64,000 nucleotides of DNA from a virus (Duplodnaviria; Caudoviricetes): IMG/VR virus record IMGVR_UViG_3300005512_002353. The stretch is one strand, 5' to 3'. Positions 19,612-27,549 of this stretch are shown here, in pieces. Under the pieces are notes generated by a model. The model ran no database searches, had not been told where the DNA came from, and saw only the letters and a program-made list of their open reading frames with translations. Position numbers and translations under genes: made by a program. Position 1 is the first letter of the stretch. Every line of letters begins with the position of its first letter.

Positions 19612-19779
19612 AATTTTTTTTCCTTAAAATCTGTTTGGAGTCGCTAAACTCCGATATCTAACGTTAGATAACGGATGTGTTCCCCCCGCTATTACCAATA
19701 TTTATTTGAATATTAGAATTTTAACCTGTTACGGCCCTGTATAAACTGCTGATATTATTGAATAAACTGCGTGGTTAAT

Positions 19780-20769
19780 TTACCCTATTTTCCAGTTTGC
19801 TCCGTCGGAGTATACTGGCACGTTGTTAGCACCTCCTCCTGTTACCGTTGATGCAAATGTCGTTGCCGACGCATCAGTCACGAATGCTCTTGCTCCTGCT
19901 CCCACAGATGATGCTGATGGTAAGTTTGTTACCAACACTGGCGTGGTCTTGACATATGAACCTACTGAACTGCCCAGTGTCTTTGTCAAAAACCTAACGG
20001 TGACCTTATCACCTGATGCAGGTGCTTGTGTGAATGTTAGTGTGGTTGAGCTCACGGAGTAGGCAGTCGTTGGTAACTGTAACACACCATTGATGTCAAC
20101 TATGACTCCTTCCGTTGTTGATGCTGATGATAATGTGAATGCCACTGTTGAATCGTCACCATCAAAGTTCTCTACCAGTGTGGTGTAGTCTCCTGTTGCG
20201 TCCCATTGAGATCCATCATATACTTCCAATGCACCAGTTTCAGAATTGTATCTTGTCTCACCAGTTGATGGTGATCCTGCCCTCTGTGATGTGTTACCAA
20301 CAGGGATAACAAAACCTGTTGTTCCTGCGATTATAAATGTTCCAGACTCAGCATCTATGGTGATGTCATCACTAGCTGTTACTGATGTGATCGTGGTATC
20401 ATTGATTTCAAGATTGCCGACAGTTGAGGACTGTGCATCAACATAGGCTTTAGTGGCCGCGTCTTGTGCTGACAAAGGATCTGCTACGTTAGTAATATTT
20501 GTTGAGGATACGTCAATGTTACCGGTGCCATTCGGATTTAACACGATATGTGCATTAGCATTTACTGAAATTACTTGATTGTTTGAAAATTGTAGATTAC
20601 CGACTGTGGCATTACCCGCCACTGTGAGGATGTCTGTTGTTGATACCGTGCCGATACCAACTTTGGAGTTGCCGTAGTCAACTACCAGTGTGTTCGTGTC
20701 AAATGTTAAGTTGGTGTCTCTGGCAAGATCATCTCGCAAGAGTCTACCAGAAATTCGCCCTTGGGCCAT
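19780..20769 (-). CDS. Fibre / virion structural protein
   Basis: DAATKAYVD, P.GNT.QR...G..RYN...LEVYDG, FDGDDSTVAFTLS modules. Confidence 0.75.
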   Translation of the reverse strand: MAQGRISGRLLRDDLARDTNLTFDTNTLVVDYGNSKVGIGTVSTTDILTVAGNATVGNLQFSNNQVISVNANAHIVLNPNGTGNIDVSSTNITNVADPLSAQDAATKAYVDAQSSTVGNLEINDTTITSVTASDDITIDAESGTFIIAGTTGFVIPVGNTSQRAGSPSTGETRYNSETGALEVYDGSQWDATGDYTTLVENFDGDDSTVAFTLSSASTTEGVIVDINGVLQLPTTAYSVSSTTLTFTQAPASGDKVTVRFLTKTLGSSVGSYVKTTPVLVTNLPSASSVGAGARAFVTDASATTFASTVTGGGANNVPVYSDGANWKIG

Positions 20770-20875
20770 GGTATCTCCTCATCCTCCGTGTTTCACGGAT
20801 AACCTTGTTCTATCGCAGGTTTACCTCGGTTTGTCCCCAACACCTTGTTGGTTATGCGTTTATTTATCTTAAAAA

Positions 20876-21286
20876 TTAATCGGGAGTTTCGCCAATGCCT
20901 TGGATGACTGTGATGGTCTCTCCAGTTGGCGGTGCCTCATCAAATATAACGTCATCTGATGATAGTGTGTAGTGCGTGGTTGATTCCTGATGGACTCCAC
21001 CAATGAACACTAGTAGTTGTCCTGCTCCTGTCGGAGTGGTTGACAGTGTGAATGTTGTTGTTGAGCTGTCGCCAGTGAAGGTATCTATGGTCAGTGTCTT
21101 CTCACCGTCGAGTGCCACCTGTTTAAATGTTGAGCCATTGTAGTATTCTAATTTTCCTAGATCAGTGTTAAATCGAAATGACCCAAATGTTGGTGCGTCT
21201 GGTCGCTTGGCTGTGTTACCTGATGGTATGTCAACTGACTTTACCACACTGCTTACTGCAGGTTCTTTTAAAAATCTACCAGCCAT
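20876..21286 (-). CDS. Virion structural protein
   Basis: PSGNTAKRP...FRFNTD..KLEYYNG plus a FTGDSSTTTFTLS module shared with neighbours. Confidence 0.7.
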   Translation of the reverse strand: MAGRFLKEPAVSSVVKSVDIPSGNTAKRPDAPTFGSFRFNTDLGKLEYYNGSTFKQVALDGEKTLTIDTFTGDSSTTTFTLSTTPTGAGQLLVFIGGVHQESTTHYTLSSDDVIFDEAPPTGETITVIQGIGETPD

Positions 21287-21295
21287 TGCTTATCC

Positions 21296-21610
21296 TTAGA
21301 TAGAAGTGTATGATACAACGCAGTTGATAGCTGACGCTGTGTTTGCTGTAGCACTGATGAAATCACTGTTCTCTAACAATAACTTCTCGCCGCCCGCATA
21401 CAATTGATATGTGTCATTGGCCGCAATCTCTAAACTGTCTGCTACCAAGTTGACGTTGCCAACTGAATCACCGCTCGGCACTATGTTGATATCAACTGCC
21501 ACTGCTGATGATGTGTAGTTAGTAAACGTTGCATACGTAACTGCTGTGTTGCCACTTGATGTGTAGACCGTTGTCGCTGAGTCATTTACCTGTGTTGTTG
21601 AAATTGACAT
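21296..21610 (-). CDS. Small virion structural protein
   Basis: 104-aa beta-rich ORF within the late operon, with SD. Confidence 0.65.
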   Translation of the reverse strand: MSISTTQVNDSATTVYTSSGNTAVTYATFTNYTSSAVAVDINIVPSGDSVGNVNLVADSLEIAANDTYQLYAGGEKLLLENSDFISATANTASAINCVVSYTSI

Positions 21611-21620
21611 TTGTTACTTC

Positions 21621-22292
21621 CTAAAATATAATGCCGAATACCACGGCTTTTGATTTACTTACTAATTCATCTGCTGATGTCGTTCCTGACACAGCATATA
21701 AACCCGTTCCGCCGGACCCTGCCGCTTTGGCATAAACAGTTGTGTAACCTGACTGTCCTGTTGGATCACTTGCTTCGTTTTGTAACCTCACTGCTGATCC
21801 ATCTACGTGTAATATGCCTGATCCATCTGCGGCGATAACAATGTTACCGTTACTTGCTGACACGATGCTCTGTCCATTGACATCTAAGTCTCCGCCTAGT
21901 TGTGGTGTTGTATCTTCTACAATGTTTTCAATACCGCCATTACCTGACACTGATGTAGCAATAGCAACAACAGTTCCGTCGCCGTTGTCAATTGACCATT
22001 TGTCTGTTGACTCTACGTATACTAATCTAGCATTTGTTGACGAACCTCTATCAACCTCAAGGCCTGATAAGTTACCAGTAACTCCCGCTCCTGACTCACC
22101 GTCATTGAGGAGTATCAATCTGTCCTGGATGTTGGTGTCAGTTGAGTTGACCGTGGTCTGCGTGCCTGTGACATTTAAGTTACCTGTGATGGTAACCGTA
22201 TGTGTGGTAATACCTACGTTGCCGTCTATTGCACCCGAGGCATCGTATGTGTATATGTTGTAATCACCTGATGTTCTTTTTACTGTTGCCAT
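21621..22292 (-). CDS. Virion fibre-like protein
   Basis: GNLNVTGTQTTV, GLEVDRG, EDTTPQLGGDLDVNG; late promoter at 22314-22320. Confidence 0.7.
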   Translation of the reverse strand: MATVKRTSGDYNIYTYDASGAIDGNVGITTHTVTITGNLNVTGTQTTVNSTDTNIQDRLILLNDGESGAGVTGNLSGLEVDRGSSTNARLVYVESTDKWSIDNGDGTVVAIATSVSGNGGIENIVEDTTPQLGGDLDVNGQSIVSASNGNIVIAADGSGILHVDGSAVRLQNEASDPTGQSGYTTVYAKAAGSGGTGLYAVSGTTSADELVSKSKAVVFGIIF

Positions 22293-22305
22293 GGTCCTAT
22301 CCTAT

Positions 22306-22884
22306 TTACAACTTATTTATCTTCTGTTTGAACTGCTCCATTGTGATTTCTTCAATGTTTTTCCATTTATTTTCCCACTTCACTGATGTAGATGTTGGGC
22401 TAGTTACTCTAAAGAATATTGCTTTGCGAAAGTCGTTGGCAACTTGCTGTATATGATATACCCAATTACCTGCATAGGTTGCCTTGTCGGTGTTAGGTTT
22501 GTAGAACTCTGTGCCTCCATATACATTGTTAAGTAGGCCGTCTGGTGATCCTAGATCAAATCCTAAAAAGTAAATGTGCGTATGTCCGTCTAAGGCCGCA
22601 CGACTTATAGCAACCGGTCCTGAACTCATGCCATAGTATGGTCTCTCTATCTTGTGTGACTTTGAATCTGGTAGAGGTCTACGTGTCCAATGTTTCACAC
22701 GTTCAGGTATGCCTAGTTCTTGTATCTTATCTGATATGGGCTTGTCTGTTGATATGAGGACATTAGGCATGAATTCTCTATAGATTGCATTACACCCATA
22801 GATTGTTCCTTTACCTATTAGATCCTGTTGCGGGTTTATCTCTAACCTACTTTTGCCGTTACCTAATACAAATGCTACTGTCAT
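22306..22884 (-). CDS. Putative glycosyltransferase-like protein (GT29/CstII-like or MptE-like fold)
   Basis: AFVLGNGKSR, YGCNAIYRE, SSGPVA, IYFLGFD motifs. Confidence 0.6.
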   Translation of the reverse strand: MTVAFVLGNGKSRLEINPQQDLIGKGTIYGCNAIYREFMPNVLISTDKPISDKIQELGIPERVKHWTRRPLPDSKSHKIERPYYGMSSGPVAISRAALDGHTHIYFLGFDLGSPDGLLNNVYGGTEFYKPNTDKATYAGNWVYHIQQVANDFRKAIFFRVTSPTSTSVKWENKWKNIEEITMEQFKQKINKL

Positions 22885-22920
22885 AAAAAATCCTCTCTCA
22901 GCTATTTACTAAGAGAGGAT
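22885..22920 (-). promoter_or_regulatory. Hairpin/terminator with late promoter in the loop and SD in the 3' arm
   Basis: ATCCTCTCTTAG-TAAATAG-CTGAGAGAGGAT-TTTTT-ATG (12-bp stem). Confidence 0.8.
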
Positions 22921-22941
22921 CCCTGTCGATAAGAATCTTGA

Positions 22942-23301
22942 TTAGATTGCTGTCAAGGTCAATAAAGATTCAGATGAATCGTCTGCCACTGCCCAGGTGT
23001 AAACAACATCATTATAATCAACCGCTCTGTGAGCTGTGATCTTTTTGATTGCTTTTGCTTCGCCTGCTTCATTCAATCCAACGATGGACATCTCGCCTGC
23101 CGCATGTCCGTTGATCTTGTCAACTAATATACATTCGCCCTGTAGTGAGCCTGCATCGTTTGAAACTGTGAATGTTTTAGAACCTTTTTGATTAACAATG
23201 TAACCCTCAAAATCTGTTCCGCCGATGTCTGCTCGGATTGGAATAGTTGCTGGAGCTGTGCCTGTTGGTCCTAAAAAGTATTTGTCGATTGGTCTACCCA
23301 T
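22942..23301 (-). CDS. Virion protein downstream of the capsid gene (possible head decoration protein)
   Basis: Own TATAAATA promoter (23398-23405) and AGGAG SD; GYIVNQKGSKTFTV motif. Confidence 0.65.
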   Translation of the reverse strand: MGRPIDKYFLGPTGTAPATIPIRADIGGTDFEGYIVNQKGSKTFTVSNDAGSLQGECILVDKINGHAAGEMSIVGLNEAGEAKAIKKITAHRAVDYNDVVYTWAVADDSSESLLTLTAI

Positions 23302-23417
23302 TTTATATTTCTCCTATAAAGAAGTCCAATGCGGGTTCTATCCGCTACGCTGATATGGTTAAACAGCATAAGAAAGCACCCCATGTGCTAACACTAGTAT
23401 TTATAAAAACTTGAGTC

Positions 23418-23447
23418 AAAAAAAGAGGACTTAAAAAGTCCTCTTTT
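23418..23447 (-). terminator. Terminator after the major capsid gene
   Basis: AAAAGAGGACTT-AAA-AAGTCCTCTTTT perfect inverted repeat with U-tract. Confidence 0.85.
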
Positions 23448-23474
23448 AATGTTAACAGCGTATGCTGTATCAAC

Positions 23475-24650
23475 TTATGAGAATGATAAGTTAGATACTG
23501 CAATTTCGCCAACGTAGTCACCAGCATTACCAAATGATGATGCTGTGTTTGTTAATTCTACGTAGCCATAACGTGTTAAGAATGATACTACTGGTTCAAA
23601 TGTTGATGGATCTAAAACAACACCTGAGCTCATTAATGGAACGTATGGGCAATAGAACGCCGCCGCATCTGATTCGCTTGAGCCTTTGTAACCAACTAAT
23701 ACTGCTGTTGTGTCTGAAGCGTATGAGTCAACAAAAATTCTCATAGCACCGTTTAATGTGCCAACGAATTTAGTGTTTGTTGGTGCTTCAAATGTGCCTT
23801 CAGTTGATCTTGCGAACGCTGAAGTTGTAGCAGATTGTAATACTGTTAATGCCGCTGGAGATACAACAGCCCAGTTACCTGCGCCACGACGTGTTCTTTG
23901 AGCGATCAAGTTAGCAGTTCTGTTAATTAAAACAGCAAGTGCCGCATGCTCGTCACCAACGAATGTCGCTGTGCCTGATACTGTAGATTGGTTGTATGTA
24001 AACTCTGTAGCCGCTAATGAACGTAAAGATGCTAAGATCTCTTGATCGATTTCAGCAGTAATTTCTTGTGCTAAAGCCGCCATGATCTCTGCTTCTACGT
24101 CGATGCCGTGCATAGCTTGTGCATCCTGAGCCGCTTCAAATGTCCAACGTGCTTGTAATTTACGTGTTTTTGCTTCAACAGCCTGTTTCAAGATTTGAAC
24201 TGAGATCTTACGACCGCCTGTTCCTTCTTTAGCCGCTGTTACATCGGCGTTACCGGCAGTGCCGTCACCTGAATAAGCAGTAGCAATCTTGAATGGTGAT
24301 AATGCTTCGTCGCCTGCTGTTACATCGTTAGCAGTGCCTGTAGCATTGTTTGTTTCTGCATAACGCACTCTTAATGTGTGGATTTGACCAACTGGGCCAG
24401 TCATTGGTTGAACACCAACGATTTCGTTAGCGATAACTGTTGGCATCACACGTCTGATAACAGGTAGGATAACACGGTTAAGTGTTGCTACGTTACCAGC
24501 TGTTGTTGTGCCAGCCGCTGATGTCTCCATCAAGTGCTTCTTGGTGTTTTCTAAAACAACACCCATTGCGTTTCTTTTATTACCTTGGAGGCCTTCTAAT
24601 AATGCTTCTTTAGTTTCACCCCAACGGCTTTCAAGTAGTTCTTGTGACAT
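23475..24650 (-). CDS. Major capsid protein (gp23-like)
   Basis: RRVMP..IA.EIVGVQPMTGPVGQI, AKTRKLQARWTFEAAQD, EITAEIDQEI, FYCPYVPL, TRYG. Confidence 0.97.
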   Translation of the reverse strand: MSQELLESRWGETKEALLEGLQGNKRNAMGVVLENTKKHLMETSAAGTTTAGNVATLNRVILPVIRRVMPTVIANEIVGVQPMTGPVGQIHTLRVRYAETNNATGTANDVTAGDEALSPFKIATAYSGDGTAGNADVTAAKEGTGGRKISVQILKQAVEAKTRKLQARWTFEAAQDAQAMHGIDVEAEIMAALAQEITAEIDQEILASLRSLAATEFTYNQSTVSGTATFVGDEHAALAVLINRTANLIAQRTRRGAGNWAVVSPAALTVLQSATTSAFARSTEGTFEAPTNTKFVGTLNGAMRIFVDSYASDTTAVLVGYKGSSESDAAAFYCPYVPLMSSGVVLDPSTFEPVVSFLTRYGYVELTNTASSFGNAGDYVGEIAVSNLSFS

Positions 24651-24672
24651 ATCTTTCTCCTAATGTCTTTAC

Positions 24673-25764
24673 TTATAGTCCGGCCAATTTGCGTAAGTCG
24701 ATGACCTGTGTGTCTTCGTCTTTCGCTTCAACTGGCGCAGGTTTATCCCCAGTAACTTCCTTAACAGATTCTGTAAGTGTCGATTTCTTAGACTTCACTA
24801 CATTCTCGTTAAGCACCGCTGGGAGATACTTGTTAAAAGCATTCTCTAATTTCTTAGTTTGAACGCCTTCTAATAAATTACGCATCACTTCTGCTTTCTC
24901 GTCATTCAACGTTTCAAGCAACTCGTCTAACTTAGCGTTACGCTCGTTAGTTTCGTTGATAATGCGGATATCTTTTTCTTTGGCTTCGACCAACGCTTTG
25001 GTTTCGTCGAGTGCCTTGGTTGATTCCTCTAATTGCTGGTTTTTCTCTTCGATCTGTGCCATTAACTTGCGGATCTCAGCATTCTCATTTAAATGAGTGC
25101 CTGCGAATTCGCTAGCAAATGTTTCGAAGATCTTTCTACCAAAACTGTTCTCACGAGCAATTTTGATATCTTCCTGTAATTGAGAAAGTTCAGCTTTCAA
25201 GTGCTTGGCAACAGCAGTTGACATCTTCTCGCTTGATTCTGTAACGAACTTAGTTTTAAGTTCCTCAAGTTTCTCACGAGCCTCTGCAACAAGTTTAACT
25301 TTAGTCTCTACAACGTCCTGTTTATCTTGAGCAAATTCTTTGATTTCTTCTGCTAATTGAGCAACAACAAAGTTTTCCAATTTTTCCATTGTAGCACCAT
25401 GTTGTTTACGGTCTTCACGAAGATCTTTGATCTCTTCAGCCAACTTAGTAACCATGAAGTTATTAAATTTTTCTGCTGATTCTTTCATTTTGTTAACTTG
25501 GTTAACACGATCTTCTGCTAATTTGGCTTTTTCTTCTTTCATTTCAGCCATCTCAGTTTCAAGACTTTCTGTTACCATGCGATCGATTGCTTCAACCATT
25601 GTTGTTTTGTCGTGTTCATACTTCTGTGCGAATTCCTCGCGGATTTCTGCACGAACTTGATCGCGAACTTCATTTAACTTAGATTCCCACGCTTCGTTGA
25701 TTTCGTTGCGTGTATCTTCATTAACTAAGTCGCTATCGAGCAATGGTTTAATAACATCTAGCAT
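24673..25764 (-). CDS. Prohead scaffolding protein (gp22-like)
   Basis: Coiled-coil E/K-rich ORF between the protease and capsid genes. Confidence 0.85.
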   Translation of the reverse strand: MLDVIKPLLDSDLVNEDTRNEINEAWESKLNEVRDQVRAEIREEFAQKYEHDKTTMVEAIDRMVTESLETEMAEMKEEKAKLAEDRVNQVNKMKESAEKFNNFMVTKLAEEIKDLREDRKQHGATMEKLENFVVAQLAEEIKEFAQDKQDVVETKVKLVAEAREKLEELKTKFVTESSEKMSTAVAKHLKAELSQLQEDIKIARENSFGRKIFETFASEFAGTHLNENAEIRKLMAQIEEKNQQLEESTKALDETKALVEAKEKDIRIINETNERNAKLDELLETLNDEKAEVMRNLLEGVQTKKLENAFNKYLPAVLNENVVKSKKSTLTESVKEVTGDKPAPVEAKDEDTQVIDLRKLAGL

Positions 25765-25773
25765 GCCATTCTC

Positions 25774-26400
25774 CTATAATTTGAGATCCTTGATGAGTCG
25801 CATAACTTCACTCTTCAAGTATCTCTGCACTTTGGCGTCACCGTTAGCCTCTTTGGCCATGTCCAACACCTTATGACCGTGGTTCATATTCATGAGCCCT
25901 TCATAGATTGCTGTTGGATAAGCGTTTGGAGCACTAGGCTGTGACACTACATCGACAGTGATAATTTCAAAATCACTGACTTGTCCGTCGCTTTCAGAAA
26001 CGTTACCGCTTCCTCGGCTTGAAACTCCTAATTTAACACCAGAGGTCAACATAGTTTCCACTAGTTTACCCATTGGTGTTGGTAAAATCTTTAACTTACC
26101 GTAGCCGTTTGGGCCATCCATCCACATTTCTGTGATCATATGGCTCACTCGGTCTAGGTTAATTTTTAAGTCATCTGGGTGATCTACTTCACCTAAAACT
26201 GAGTAACCACCAGTGATCTGTTCATTGAGTGTTTTAACTGCTGTCTCAATCTCTTTCACCGGATATACTCGCTCGTTGGCGTTCTTTACACCACCCTGGA
26301 TGCAAATACCTTTCATGTAAAGGTCCTTGCCTGACTCTGAACCCTCAACGACGATGTTCGCCGCATTGTAGTTCAAGTGTTCCTTAAGGTGCATAGCCAT
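25774..26400 (-). CDS. Prohead protease (gp21-like)
   Basis: N.NERVYP, GEVDHP, RVSH, TPMG, GVSSRGSG, DVVSQPSAPNA. Confidence 0.95.
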   Translation of the reverse strand: MAMHLKEHLNYNAANIVVEGSESGKDLYMKGICIQGGVKNANERVYPVKEIETAVKTLNEQITGGYSVLGEVDHPDDLKINLDRVSHMITEMWMDGPNGYGKLKILPTPMGKLVETMLTSGVKLGVSSRGSGNVSESDGQVSDFEIITVDVVSQPSAPNAYPTAIYEGLMNMNHGHKVLDMAKEANGDAKVQRYLKSEVMRLIKDLKL

Positions 26401-26415
26401 CTCAGTAGATTCCTA

Positions 26416-27219
26416 TTAGTTTACAGATTTCTTATTGTCTGCTTTATCCTGTTTCTCAGGAGCAGGTGCTGGAGCCATATTTGGCTCTGTTGTGCCATGT
26501 GGTAATTCCTTAGCTGTTGGAGCTGGTCTACCTTTTTCTGCTTCTGTTTTTGCAGGATGTGCGTCTGCTAATTTTTCTTTAGCACCGCCATTTGCTGGAA
26601 CTGGTGAAGATTTGTTAGTAGCATGGTCTTTGTTGTCTGCTTTAACAGGCTTTAAAGATACTGCTTCGTCAACTTGCTCTTCTGTTTCTTCAGCGATCTC
26701 TTCTTCAGATTCCATTGGCATTTCAACTTCCTCTTCTTCCTCGCCTTCTTCTTCAGCTTCGTCACCCATGTCCATATCCATTTCTGGCTCTTCTTCAGGT
26801 GCTTCTTCTTTGTCTTCGTCGTTCATTAATTCTTCGAATTCAGCCATTAACTCGTCTAGTTTGTCTTCTAAGTCAACTACACGGTCTTCTAAGTCTTCTT
26901 CGTCTTCGCCTTCTAAAGCAATACCTTCTTCGTCTGCTTCGATTTCGTCAACTAAGTTGTCAGCGGCATCGCCACCAAGTTCTTCGTCTGTGATTTCGTC
27001 AACGATTGACTCTTCAACAGCGTCTTCAGCAACTTCTTCAGTTGACTCTTCTACTGTCTCTTCGTCTGATTCTGTTGCTTCTTCAACAGTTTCTTCTTCA
27101 GCCATTAAGTTCTCGTAGATGTCACGAGATTTTTCCACAACTACTTCGTGGAACAACTCTTTGGCTTTATCTTCTTCATCATTAATGATGTATTCGATAA
27201 GTTGTTCAAATTTATTCAT
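26416..27219 (-). CDS. Highly acidic prohead core protein (gp67/68-like role)
   Basis: Very E/D-rich, many x-x-E sites; late promoter at 27254-27259. Confidence 0.7.
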   Translation of the reverse strand: MNKFEQLIEYIINDEEDKAKELFHEVVVEKSRDIYENLMAEEETVEEATESDEETVEESTEEVAEDAVEESIVDEITDEELGGDAADNLVDEIEADEEGIALEGEDEEDLEDRVVDLEDKLDELMAEFEELMNDEDKEEAPEEEPEMDMDMGDEAEEEGEEEEEVEMPMESEEEIAEETEEQVDEAVSLKPVKADNKDHATNKSSPVPANGGAKEKLADAHPAKTEAEKGRPAPTAKELPHGTTEPNMAPAPAPEKQDKADNKKSVN

Positions 27220-27319
27220 TGTTATAATTCTCCATGTATGGGGCTAGTGATAGTATTTACAACTATTTTTGAATATATAGGTGTTTTTTAGCCTATTTTA
27301 GGCCAAAAAGGTGTGATTT

Positions 27320-27541
27320 TTAGAAACTTGGTGCTTCTGGTGCTGGTGCATACTGTTTCTGTATGCGAGTCAGCTTTTGTTCATGCTCAAATGCACGGAC
27401 ATCATTCATCTGACGCATCTTGCTGATCTGCTTGAGAGTCAGTTTGGTCTTGCGTAGATCTCCAAGTTTGATCTGGCCGTTGTCGTTCTCAACGTCCTGG
27501 TATCCTGGAGCGGGTCTGTCATACATTTCGTTTAAGGTCAT
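27320..27541 (-). CDS. Small head-associated protein
   Basis: 73-aa ORF after the portal gene; TAAATA 5 nt before the ATG. Confidence 0.65.
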   Translation of the reverse strand: MTLNEMYDRPAPGYQDVENDNGQIKLGDLRKTKLTLKQISKMRQMNDVRAFEHEQKLTRIQKQYAPAPEAPSF

Positions 27542-27549
27542 AGTAATAT

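Noticed and set aside
14324-21286. Diversity-generating retroelement or invertible fibre cassette
   Set aside because: No reverse transcriptase or recombinase in the window; repeat differences are mostly synonymous rather than adenine-specific, and all copies are in direct orientation.
14469-22456. Many + strand ORFs of 60-230 aa opposite the fibre genes
   Set aside because: Antisense shadows of Thr/Gly/Asn-rich genes with biased codons; no SD or promoter support.
26435-27118. 227-aa Ser-rich + strand ORF
   Set aside because: Mirror of the GAA/GAC-rich acidic gene on the minus strand.
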